Assembly (NCBI GenBank): GCA_965112155.1
Contig: OZ218110.1
Direction: 5' to 3' (one strand)
Length of the DNA stretch: 64,000 bases
From: Podarcis liolepis
Taxonomy: Eukaryota
Made by a program: the position numbers and the translations under genes. This document shows positions 24,222 to 36,625 of the stretch, piece by piece; the first letter of the stretch is position 1; each line of letters starts with the position of its first letter. A model generated the notes under the pieces. It was not told where the DNA came from, ran no database searches, and worked only from the letters and a program-made list of their open reading frames with translations.

Positions 24222-24684
24222 TGTGGGATTCCTAGGTCTTCATGTGCTCAGCCAGGCTTTGTGTTTCCTTTTGGAATGAGGCACAGCAGAGACTGTGGCG
24301 TTTTTAGGATATGTGGTTTATTTGCACATATATACAACCTGAGCCAACAATGGAGGAGTTCACAGCATTAACACCCCTTAAAGGTCTAGTTTTTCTTATA
24401 GTTTAGCCTTGGATTCAAACAGACATCAAACATTGCTCAGTGCGTCTTTCTCTTGCTTGCTGCTTTATTTCTAGGTCACACCACTCCAAACTCTCAACTC
24501 TAAACCCGGGCTTTGTCTTTCCAACCAGTTGAGGGAGGGGCCCCAACCATTTCCTCTCCCACATAGAGCCCCCTTTCCTTTGTTCTCCCAATGGCCCATC
24601 ACCCAGGCAGTCACCTCAACACAGGAAGGTAGCCTGGCTTATATTTTAACACTTGCTGAATCCAGGGGTTAGAAGGATCTGACA
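24222..24684 (-). mobile_element. Ancestral solo-LTR-like element co-duplicated with each unit (copy upstream of gene B)
   Basis: TG...CA termini with imperfect inverted ends (TGTGGGATTCC ... GGATCTGACA), about 460 bp. Paralogous copies show AAATAAACC on the minus strand near the gene-proximal end. Confidence 0.6.
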
Positions 24685-25181
24685 TGCAGCCTACTTTCCC
24701 CTTGTTCCAGCCCAAATTCATAACTGTATATAAAGTGATATAATACGAAAACCCAAAATACACAACAGCAAAAATGAGAAATAGAAGAATATGAGTTGTC
24801 CATGTACGATGAGTGATTTTATATCATTAGAAAGAGTAATGTTTGAAGGTAGCAGATTCTTGTATAGAAATTTAATTTCATTAGATATATTACAATGTGA
24901 CCCCAACACTCTCCAAGAGGGATCCTACTTTCATACATGAAGGTATCTCCAACTCACTTGGGATGTCTTTTCCTAATGGGCTCCCAGATCTTTCTCTGTC
25001 TCTCATTGATAACTGCTGCTCAGTTCCTTTTCCAGCTTCATCAGCACATTTGATCAGCAAGTTTGGTCTCATACAATGACACCACCCTCTAAATTTTTCA
25101 TTTAGACAATGTGACAGTGTGATGGATGTACAAAAATTACTGGGCTATAAACTGTAGTAAAGGGATACTCTTGTGCATTCT

Positions 25182-25243
25182 TCAAGACTTCCATCTAATT
25201 AAGAAATCCCGATTGTTCCATTCAGGTTTGAAAAAATAATGTA
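25182..25243 (-). pseudogene. Orphan V2R C-terminal tail fragment, frameshifted (YIIF-KPEWNNRDFLIRWKS*)
   Basis: Paralogue of 36563-36625 with a 1-nt deletion. Confidence 0.72.
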
Positions 25244-27268
25244 TTCCAGATATACCAATATGGAAGGGAGGGAGGGAGGGAGAGGATTCTCAGTTAATAG
25301 CAAGAAGATTTCCGGCTATGCTATTATCCTGATGCTCAGGAAGTTTTGGGAGATTCATGTACATATAATTGACCATGAACCTCTAAAATATATACGTATG
25401 TGAGGTGGATCTGTTTTGTGCGTCAGACCTATGCTGCCCTGAAAATGTGCCTAAACAGTTCTAACCCCTAGAAATTCAAAACACAGACCATCTAAAAAGC
25501 AAACTTTTATTACAGTTGGGGGTGGGTAAATGAGGTTTTAGCCACTATGTTATAATAAATGGAATGCAATACTTTCATGGGTGCATTTTAATTCTAATAT
25601 TCTAATACATTCATACTCCTTAATATGAAGAGATAAGAGTTTTTTCAAAGTGGAAAAGAAAGTGGTGAAACATAACCCTTAGTTACAGAGGCTCCTATGA
25701 TGTGAACCACTCCTGGGGAACCCCAGGGAATCACTAGGAGGGAGCCCCTCTTCCTGCCCATTGCCACCAAGGATCCAGCCCAATGCACCTTCTCAGTGCT
25801 AATTTTCTATAAACAGAATTGCCGGTGCTCAGCATGAATGCCTCCCATGTTCTCTTATAATGGCAATTGTGCCCACCCGAGAGGTGCTGAAACTGAGTTC
25901 TGGTGAGTTTTGCCTGATAAAAAGCCCACCCTCTTCTTTCACTTGCGTTAGGATCTTGCCAACTTACCACCAAGCCTAGCACATCAGGAACCAACCTACA
26001 AGGCCTTTATATGTCCCTCCCAGACCAAGTCATTGCCAGTTGCAATTACATGTACAGGGGTGAGCATTTTGCATGTTCCTGATGGACCTGTGACTGCCGA
26101 TACATGCATCATTTTTGGTCCTGAAAAGATGTGGAACAGGGGCAGAACAAGCTTAGGTTAGTCCACTGATTAATGTAATGACCCAGAAAACAACCTCCAC
26201 ACAGATGGAGAATTGCTGGTACTACATCTGACCTGTACACATTTATTATTTCACCTTTAAACAACGTTTGAAAATGCAGCAACACAGAAGCATTTATGCA
26301 GACTCTGGCTACAGAAAGGCAAGCAACCTGAAGATTCAAACAAACAACAGCAAGAATGTTTTGAAGCCAGCTGGGATGGGGGGGGGGAAACAACCCCAAA
26401 AAGCTTCCCATTCTTCCCCCACCCTTCTTCAGGCATTTCTCCAGCTTTATCTTTTGTTTCTTCTCTTTTTATTATTATTTGCTTTTTGAACATATTGCAA
26501 AGAAGCAGATATTATTGGACTAAAGACCAGTGAAATCCAGCCAAACCCAGAGTGGAATCTGAAATAACTACATTTTGGGTGTTTGGTATATTTATTTTCC
26601 TTTAAATTAGCTGGTTATTTATTTTGCTCTTTCCCTTTTTTAATATGGTCATGGAAATTGTCTACCTCTCCTGCTAAGGGCAGATGGTTATAATACGTTT
26701 TCCTAAATGATAACTTTAATAATTATAAGTTTTTCTTCCAACTTAAAGTGGTGTCTTGAGTCTTCCTTGGTGTTTGTGTGATGGCAAAATATTTTTAACC
26801 AGAATAATTGTCAGATTTACAGTTTTGAAGAAAGCAAGGGGAAAGAAAAAAGATAGGGCAGGTCCTTTATAAACCTTTTAGTACTCAGTGCTTATATTTT
26901 GTGACTGTTTCTATGTTCAGTTTTTAAAGGATTTCTACAGACCTATCCTAAGAAATCTCCACTGGAGTGGAGCAGGATGTACATTAACACAGCCACATGC
27001 AGAAAAATAAAATGGGATTAGACAGGGTAAGATCATCAATCTCTAGTGGGGAAAAGTTGCAGGAAAGAGCATCAGAGCAGAATTGTACAGTGCTGAGGCC
27101 TAAGAATAACAAATGCAGACTTCACAGTGAGCAGAGGAAAAGATACAGTGGATCTGGAATAGCTGAATATGGGAGATTGAGGAGGTTTCTGGGTGCTTCT
27201 TTTCAAGGATACATACAAATCCCTGAACTAGATATTATAGCCAATGACACAGACCTTTGATTTCTTCA

Positions 27269-28539
27269 TCATTTTCTTCTTAATAGGTGTTCCCTATTGT
27301 TCAGCTCAGGCTTCAGCAAAATAATGTAACATTTGGGAGAAAAGACGCAACCCAACAAGCCAGCACTGGAGGCTAAGATAGAGAAGATCTCCACAGCCAC
27401 CATGTATTTCCCCTTTGTGCTCATGTAGGAAGGGACAAAGGATAACCAAACACTGCAAAAGACCAACATGCTGAAAGTGATGAACTTGGCTTCGTTGAAA
27501 CTGTCAGGTAATTTCCGGGCAAGGAAAGCCACAGTGAAACTGACCACAGCTAGGAAGCCCATGTAGCCCAAGACACAGTAAAAGAAGGTCACCGTCCCCT
27601 CATTGCACTCCAGTACAATTTCTTCAGCTACTGACTTCATGTCAGCATTAGGGAATGGAGGAGAGATCACCAGCCATACAGTGCAAATGAGTGCTTGGAG
27701 TAGGGAGCAGGAGAGGACAATAGAGTTTGCCAGTCCCTTCCCCACCCACTTCCTCATCCTGGATCCTGGTTTTGTGGCCATGAAAGCCAGAACCACAGTG
27801 ATGGTTTTTGCCAGCACACAAGAAACAGCCACTGAGAAGATGATGCCAAAAGCAGTTTGTCGGAGGAGACACGTCACCTTGTCAGGATATCCGATGAACA
27901 ATAATGCAGAAAGGAAGCAAAGCAAGAGGGAGATGAGCAGAGTGTAGGTGAGGTCACGGTTGTTGGCTTTCACAACGGGAGTGTCCCTGTGCTTCACAAA
28001 TATTTCAAGTACTAGTGCTGTAATGAAAGCAAAGGAAAGAGCAGAACAGGCTAAGCTGATGCCCAGAGGTTCTTCAAAAGACAAGAATGTTGTATGCTTA
28101 GGAATACATATAGTCTTATTTTTGCTTGGATACTTTTCATCTTCACATTCATAGCAGTCATTCATGTCTGGTGAAGGAAAAACATGGTTCTTAATCCCAA
28201 AAATATGACCAACATGCGTCTATTTTTTTTTTTCAACATTTGGACCATTTTTTTAAACAATTAAAGTATAATCTTTTGAATACATTATTAAAATGATTTA
28301 AAAAGGGATTTTAAAAGGGTCCAAGGCTTAAACCAGTTTAAGAAGCATCACGTTCACCTCCGCCTGCTTAATCTTTGTTTATTATATCATATCAAGCAGA
28401 TATGATGGCATATTTCCAGCTCTTATAGAAACCTCCTGGCTCATCTGAAAATCCACTTTATCCTAATCCTGTTCAATGTGGTGGATCTTGCTATAGGATT
28501 CTTCCTTAATAACAACATTCAACATCCACAATCACAAAT

Positions 28540-28595
<56 letters not shown>

Positions 28596-31500
28596 TTTCA
28601 TTATGTCCCTCTTCAGCAAGGTTTCTCAATATTTCCTGAACTGTCAAAGGAATCTTGGTGAATGCATGATTACATATGCATGTTCTCGATTAGAGGCAAC
28701 AGGTTTTAAATATATACAATAAATTTCTTACCCTTCTGATCTGAAATCTTCCCTTCTGGACATGGGATGCAATCGTAGCAGCAAAATGCTTCCCCCTCCT
28801 TTACTTTCTTGTAAAAACCAGGGCAGCAGCTCTCAGTGCATACAGAGTCAGGCTTTGTCTAATACACAAATGAAAGAGAGAGATGTATTTACAAAGTGGA
28901 CTCAAAGTCCACTCAAATTTGAGCTCTTCAACTTGCAAAAGAACAACAGCGATTCACCTAATAGGTTGTTTCCATTCCATTATGACTCATTTTCTGACAT
29001 TTCCCATTGACTCAATGTGCAAACTCTAATAAATTGTTATTTTTGCCGTTTCTGTTGTGGATAGTAATATTTTTAATATCCTGTATAGTCAGGGCTTGGA
29101 CTAGGTATGCACACCTCTTTCTGTCAGAGTGACATTAAGGGGTTGTGGTGGTGTCCCTTAATGCAAATTAAGCCTCAAAGTTATGCACCTGCTATTTTAA
29201 AACCTTGAAGCACGGCATGTTTCATCTACCTTGTGAGGTCATTTATAAAAGCATCCACAGTTTAGAAAGTGCTGAACATTGACATATGGATCCTTTTTTA
29301 AAACTGAAATATTTATACATGCCAGCCATAGATAGGTTTCTTTCTAATTTTGGTGAAAACCACTGATGCACTTTAATCATGCTTGTCAAGAATGACACAC
29401 TTTCAATGGTTGACAAACATCAGAGTGGTTAAAACATTAATATTTCACTTTTTAAATAATTATTTATGAATTTTGAAAAATGAAAAATTGAACAACATGT
29501 TTAATGTTTTCCTTGCCCACTAAAGCAAAACCTATTTAAAAAAATATTTTGTTTAAAGTTCAGCCCGTGTGGTTTGATCCAATGTGTTTTTGTGTAATCT
29601 GCATTATATCATCCAACATCCTTGACTTGGGCCTTTTAGCAAAGCCATAATAGAGAGCCACTGCTTTATATCCAGCAGGTGATGGCAGTTAAATCTCCAC
29701 TGAGCTATTCATTTGTGGGTTTAATATCCTCATCTAAGGTGGAGCATTCAGATGTCCTGGAGTATGATTCTTAGTGACTGTCAGGGTGTACCAAGTTACA
29801 GAGGGGGTAAGGACTTCCTTGTTGATGACATAGTACAGAATATTTTAAACACTGAAGACCTTACTTTGCTCTTTACTTCTGCCTAGGAATATAACAGCCA
29901 GAGGCTATAGGGATTAGGCTTTTGTTATGGGGCTTATGTAAAATTTGATGTCATTTCATGTTTCTTCCTTGTCAAAGTATTCTCATAAATTTGGGATAGA
30001 GGCACAGATGTGTGGCAGACCAAGTATTCCAGATACTATCTAGGTTGGCCCATTGAGTGTAATTTCAATTTACATTGTTATATGCCACACCAGTCTCCAA
30101 GTAGTGAGAAAATCTGTGGTGGTTTACCCAGGAGTTTGATTTTCTTTTAATGATTGCCGGAGACCACAGTCTTGAGTATATATGACTTTATTTAAACATT
30201 TAAACATATGGCTATATTTAAAATAGTTCAGCAAGCTCCCCTTTCTGTGTTCTCCCCTCACTGATGCAGAATCCCATGACTGGAAGGGGAACCAGGGTTT
30301 CATCCAGACTGATATTGCAAACTTTTAACAGTATATTCAATACCATTAAAATCTATTTAGAATTCGTTTCTTCAAGTTGTCAATTTATATATTCACTTTC
30401 AGTGAAACAAGAACCACTATACAGGCTGTGCATTCAGCTTATAACATTAATTCATAGCTTATGCTACCTTAACCCATTTTTTAAAAGGCTGAACACCGCA
30501 CAATGAAAATATGTTTGTATGTTATGTTCACAAATGGCTGATGTTCGCATCCTACCTGGTTAAACCAATGGTGCCATTTGATGGCTCCCTCATTGATGGT
30601 CAAAGCTTGCTGTGGAGGAGCCAGGGAATCCACCCCTCCTACCTTCACTCTCTGAAAGGATTGGTTGGAGGAAAGAATCCAATTGGTAATATCAAATCCA
30701 GCTAGTATCTCCCCATTCCGGTCGAAGGAAATCTTATCCCCAGCACTGTTGTTAAATGAGATACCCCTCAAAAAATGGTGGAGCTGGATTGAAAAAGAAA
30801 GAGAAAGTATAGAAAAGGTTTCAATTCAGCAAAAGATGATCATGATGTTCACTTTCGTGTCAGGATTCCAAATATAAACCTTGAAGGAAAGCATATTTTT
30901 TAAATGTGTGTGTGTGTGTGTGTGTGTGTGTGATTTAGGGACGTGGGTGGCACTGTGGGTTAAACTACAGAGCCTAGGGCTTGCCTATCAGAAGTTCGGC
31001 GGTTCGAATCCCCACGACGGGGTGAGCTCCTGTTGCTCAGTCCCTGCTCCTGCCAACCTAGCATTTGAAAGCACATCAAAGTGCAAGTAGATAAATAGGT
31101 ACCTCTCCAGGTTATATCACTTTGCTCTCTATAGACTCTATATGCTTTGGTATGTGATATATTATTCCTTTTATATGCCAACTTCAGAGGTAAATGGGGA
31201 ATCAGCCTCATGCTGATCTAAGAGGTTGATATGAATAGTTGAAGCAACAGGTTGAAGAAGGAATGGTGATAAAGGGAAAGTCTAGAAGTTGGCTAAATCA
31301 TGCTTGGATAGAATTCATTCATTTTGTTCTCTTTCAGTATTTCTACTTTAAGTTCCAACAGTTTAAAAGAAGACATTTAAAAGGTTTAAAATTAGAAGTA
31401 AAAGGCAATGAGATTAAAATACGAGAATACTCACGTGCCTTGTGTAAACAAAAATATTTTAAGCAGGTGCCTAAATGAATACAGTGAAGGTGTCTGTCTG

Positions 31501-34437
31501 ATGTCAATAGGCAGGGATGTCTAGTAGGTTGAAATTGAAGCTGGAAAAGCAAATGGAGAACCCATTTGGCTCTATTTGCATTTCGAGAGACATAAAGCAA
31601 CTATCTCATGGCCAAAGGGCAGTGAATTGAAGAAGTGGTTTGGCGGCACATGGGGAAGATTTCAAGAGCATTGCCGCACCCACATTGGTGCCCCAAGCTG
31701 TGGTTGCATAGGGAAAATGACAGTTAGCAATTGTATAAAACCAAAGGCTTTTGAACCTCTTTGAGGAAGGGTGTTCAGCCCATTACCTGCCACAGCGGTT
31801 GTTTGTCAAACTTCATTCTTCCATTGATCATTACTCGTCTGTGTTTGCCTCGGGATGAAGACATGGCATGTAAAGCATGGGCCACAGCATAGACAGCATT
31901 GTAGATGTTGTAGCTGTGGCTGGTCATGCTCATTTCAAAGAAAGGACCAGGAAGATTCTCCAGCTTCTCTTGCCCAGTGCAAATATCCCCCTTCACACTG
32001 CCAACCACTCGATTTGGAAATACACAGCCAAATGCCTGTTGCCAGAAGTCCAAAATGAAGCCATCTCCTTTTGGGTTGGAAGGGTTTTTGCTCTTGACAA
32101 ATTGATGAAATCCTGGCGAATCATTTGAGTGTGTTGTGAATGAGAGAACCCCATGGAGTATTTCTGTATCCCAAGTCCGTTGATAAACAAAAGAAGTGAG
32201 CTCCGCCTGGGCTGTCATAATCCATACTTTACCTTTTGGCGTATTTGAACTTTGTTCCAGTTCTGATAGGTAAGGCAACCATCTAAAAAATGCCAGAGTA
32301 TATGATTCTCCATAAACCAAAACTACATTGGCTTTGCTATCATTTATTTTGTCATGTATTTTTGCCCCCAGTTTAAACATATCATTAATTTCAGTGACAT
32401 AAGTAAATTTGTGACTTCTTTCTATGAAGGCGAAACAGATGCCACTCTGGGAAAATAGTGGAACCACAGTTTGCACAAATCTTTCTGCATTCTCATCATA
32501 GAAAGTAAGGATCCCAATCCATATCCACCTGAAATGCAGTAGCAAAGACAGGATCCCCTTATACTGGTGGGCTTCCTTGGGCACCATCTGGTAGAAGAAA
32601 AGGCCTGGGGTTTTATCATTCATCACTGGAGCAGAGCCATATATCAGCTAAACATAGTTGTGGTAGGAGGAGAAAGAAACAGAAGCAACAATAACTTTTA
32701 AATATTAAATTTGGGTATTACAAGCATCACTGTGGCAATTTCCATTTGGACCTTCCAATCCTTGCCATTTGGCCTGTGCATGCTATTTTTGCTAAGTCAA
32801 GTGATTCTTACATGCCAATCATCTGTTATCATCCTCCATCATGGGCTCAGATCGTATATACAGTGGTACCTCAGGTTAAGAACTTAATCGTTCTTGAGGT
32901 CCGTTGTTAACCTGAAACTGTTCTTAACCTGAGGTACCACTTTAGCCAATGGGGCCTCCCGCTGCCACCGCCGCACAATTTCTGTACTCATCTTAAAGCA
33001 AAGTTCTTATCCCGAGCTACTATTTCTGGGTTAGCAGTGTCTGTAACCTGAAGCGTCTGCAACCCAATGTCCCACTGTATCAGGAACTGGCTAGGCCAAA
33101 AGGTACACCAGAAGCAATAACTTATATGCTAACCATACTTCATTTCTTAGTTTGGATCTGCCATTTGCAGATTATTTGAAACGTGCACATTTTATTATCC
33201 AAATCTATCTGAATATGCCTAGTTTCCATGACACGCCAGAGGGATATATATTTCACCTGTGGAACCTTATAGATATCCAAGATTGTTGCCACATGAAGAG
33301 AAGTTTGGGAGTCCAGTCCCCCAATGATGGCTATCAAGTTTTTCTTGATGTCACAGATGTAGTTGGGGACAAATGTTTCCAGTGTGGATATGAGCAACAT
33401 TGTGGCATGAGAGGTCCATTTGGCATTGAAATAGCTGTCATAGATGCGGAAGCCTAAAGTGACATTGGGTAAGAGCTGAGGGTTTTCGTTGATCTCCTTC
33501 ACTGCAAACTGCAAGGCCAGGATGTGTTGGTAATTCTTTGGCACCACACTAAAAAAGTTTCATTTTCCATCAGAAGGGCATGTAACACTTTGTAAATTTA
33601 TCATAACTCTGTTCTTCATCATCCTCATTAGTATTATTCATTACTGTGTTCATTTAATTATTACTTCTTTTTTGCAGGGGAGGAAACTCTTGAACAGTTA
33701 TCACTGCAAATGATCCTCCTCCTTGCCTACAAGGTTGAAAAGGGAAGAAGGGGGAAATTCTATGGGAGGGGAGCGCAGACTTTAAAATGCCCCCGATGTA
33801 CATTTTTATTGCTGGCTTCATAATCTGTGTAGAAATCCTGTACTTATTTCACTCTCCTGGGCCCTGAAGCAGTACTGATGCAGATATTTCCACAACAATG
33901 TTACATGATACCTAAATATTTAATTCAATGGGGAAAGTGGCAACATTTCTTTCAAACTAGCGGAGACCCTCCTGACCACATTTCTTCCACCTGACATCTC
34001 CTTTGACCCAAACAGTAGTTCTGCCTCTAGGACAAGGGTGGAGAACTGTGGCCCTCCAGATGCTGTTGTCCAACAATTTCCATTATTATTGATGGAACTG
34101 ATGGAGTCCAATGACCACTGCAGGGCCACAGTTTAGTCACACTTCCTCTAAAACTGATCACTCACTGCAGTGTCCAAAGAAGGAATTAAAATGCAGAAAT
34201 GAAATTACCCAGGTCTTACTTTAGCTCTTCATGCAATGTTGGTAGGGGTTTTTCGGTGAAGGCTATTGAAATGGAGATGACGATGCTGTGAGAGGCTATG
34301 CCACCAATGATGAGGTCTCCTTCCTGATGATATTGATGAAGTGGAATGTATGGATCATGGACATGACATTTAACAATGGGAGATTTGCTTATTGCATGAG
34401 GAAGTAGAATCAGCAGCAAGAAGAACAATGCCACCAT
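27269..34437 (-). CDS. Vomeronasal type-2 receptor (V2R), gene C, 6 coding exons, ~874 aa, apparently intact
   Basis: Exons: 34220-34437, 33257-33548, 31787-32647, 30556-30783, 28732-28858, 27269-28167. GT-AG junctions, total 2625 nt. Confidence 0.95.
28540..28594. repeat. (CT)n(CA)n compound microsatellite
   Basis: Direct reading. Confidence 0.95.
30905..30932. repeat. (TG)n microsatellite
   Basis: Direct reading. Confidence 0.95.
30938..31110 (+). mobile_element. Sauria-type SINE, 3'-truncated, in intron 3 of gene C
   Basis: GGGACGTGGGTGGCACTGTGGGTTAAAC head and GGTTCGAATCC. The 3' half is missing together with adjacent intron sequence present in paralogues. Confidence 0.85.
32861..33077. 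mobile_element. Tigger/pogo-like MITE, in intron 2 of gene C
   Basis: CAGTGGTACCTCAGGTTAAG ... CCACTG termini with a TA TSD. Same family as 5980-6602. Confidence 0.85.
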
Positions 34438-34644
34438 CTTTGGAACAATTTCCCATACACACTAAAATTCCTCTAGCACTATTACAGCTTTTGAAACTGA
34501 AGTAGTTTAACTTGTTGGCCTTTTAGTCTGATGATAGGTATAAAATCCTGACTATGAAAACTGGGGGGGGGGGGGGGGATAGAGATGGTGCTGATGGATC
34601 CTTGCTTGTTTCTGGTTCCCACATCTAGCTGTGATTACTGGGGG

Positions 34645-34647
<3 letters not shown>

Positions 34648-34685
<38 letters not shown>
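34648..34685. repeat. (CT)n microsatellite
   Basis: Direct reading. Confidence 0.95.
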
Positions 34686-34688
<3 letters not shown>

Positions 34689-35519
34689 TCTCCAACCTAG
34701 TATCCCTCAGATGTTTTGGGCTACAGTTCACAGCATTTAAAACAGGTGATGGGGTTGTGATCCAGAATAGTCCAAGGGCACCAGTCTTTTAAAGGCTAAA
34801 TTATAGTACCTTTCACAGACTTTTTCATTTGTTTTGATAGTGTACTGTGCAAGTCCAGGAAATGATTTGACAAGTAGGAACATTAATTATAGTTCTTTTG
34901 ATAATTAATGGGAAGATAGTCACTTGTGTTTCTTTTTTAAAAAAACAACAACACTTCATGAGATTTTGATTTACAATGATAAACAATCAGAAAAACCCCC
35001 ACTGGAAATACAACCCTTTGGTCTCTTAGGGATGAAATGAACATGTTTGATCATAGCACTAGCCTCTTGAAATTCTGACCTGGAAAGAAGAAAAGTACGG
35101 AGAGTTGGAGCCTTCGACTACTTACATTGCATTCAAAGTTCACATGAAAGAACAATGGCATTAGTTGGTGTCCTTGTCTTGTCCATTGCCACCAAGGATG
35201 CAGTCCTTGTCTTGCTAATGGATGGGGGGAAAGCACCAGCTTTTTTGCTGGAGAAACTAAAATGAGACATGGGAAATGTCTCTGCCAACATGGAAACGCA
35301 TTTCTAATTTGTTGGCAGGGGTCAATATTATCTCTTGTTATTCTTGCATCTACCTTTCCTTATCTCATTTTGTCACTACTTTCTTCTCCAAAATGTAAAA
35401 AATTGTGCCAGAAATAGGTTATTATATTTCCCCTTCCCTTCTTTGTGCTCTACAAATGGGAATATAATTTAAGGGCAGACATACTTATTCTTGCACTTCA
35501 CCCCAATCTCTAAGTAGTT

Positions 35520-35991
35520 TGTGATTCCCGGTGCTTCAGGTGCTCACCCACACTTTGTGTATCCTTTGGACTGAGGCACAGCAGAGATTCTGGCGTTTTT
35601 AGAATATATGGTTTATTTACGCATATAGATATATATATATATGAGAATGAGATCTAAGCCTATGATGGAGGGGTTCACAGCATTAACACCCCTAAAGAGT
35701 CTCATTTTTCTCTTAGCTGTACCCTTGGATTAAAAAAAGACATCAAACATTGCTCTATGACTCTTTCTGATTTATTTCTAGGTCACATTACTGCAAACTC
35801 CCAACTCTAAACCCGGGCTTGGTCTTTCCAACCAACTGAGGGAGGGGCCCCAACCATTTCCTGTCTCACATAGAGCCCCTTTTCCTTTGTTCTCCTAATG
35901 GCCCATCACCCAGGCAATCACCTCAACACAGGAAGGTAGCCTGGCTTATATTTTAACACTTGCTCAATCCTGGGGTTAGAAGGTTCTGACA
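35520..35991 (-). mobile_element. Ancestral solo-LTR-like element (copy upstream of gene C)
   Basis: Paralogue of 24222-24684. Ends GGTTCTGACA. Confidence 0.6.
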
Positions 35992-36562
35992 TGCAGCCTA
36001 CTTCTCCTATCCAAGCCCAAATTCATAAGAGTATATAAAATGATATAATGTTAAAAGCTAAATTGCAAGTCAGCAAGAAGAAGTAGCAGCAGCAGAATAT
36101 GGGTAATTCATGCATGATGAATGATTTTATACCATTAGAAAGAGTAATATTTGAAGGTAGCAGATCCCTGTATAAGAATTTTGTTTCATTAGATGTTTCA
36201 TAATGTGACTCCAAAGCTTTCCAAAAGAGATTCTGCTACCATGCATGAAGGTGTAAATTTGGAGTTCATTTGAAATTTGACCTTCTACATCAAATGGATG
36301 CACTGGAATTCTCTTTCCCTATCTCTAACTTACTTGAGGTGTCTCTTCCTAATTGGCTCCCCAGATCTTTCTCTGTTTCTCATTGGTAACTTTGTGCTCA
36401 ATTCCTTGTCATGCTGTTCCAGCTTGATCAGCAAATTTGATCAGCTACTTTGGTCTTATACAATGAACCCACCCTTTCCTCATCACATCCATGACAATGT
36501 GATGGATGGACACAAATTCCCAGCCTGTACACTGAAGAAAACAAATACTCTTGTGCTTTTTT

Positions 36563-36625
36563 TCAAGTCCTCCTTCTAATTAATAGATCCCTCTCATTCA
36601 GTTCTGGTCTCAACAAAATAATGTA
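36563..36625 (-). pseudogene. Orphan V2R C-terminal tail fragment ([20 protein letters not shown])
   Basis: The first 20 nt (TACATTATTTTGTTGAGACC) are identical to the end of gene A exon 6. No homology upstream of the Tyr codon. Confidence 0.8.

Noticed and set aside
23919-24371. ORFs containing X runs
   Set aside because: Artefacts of the N gap.
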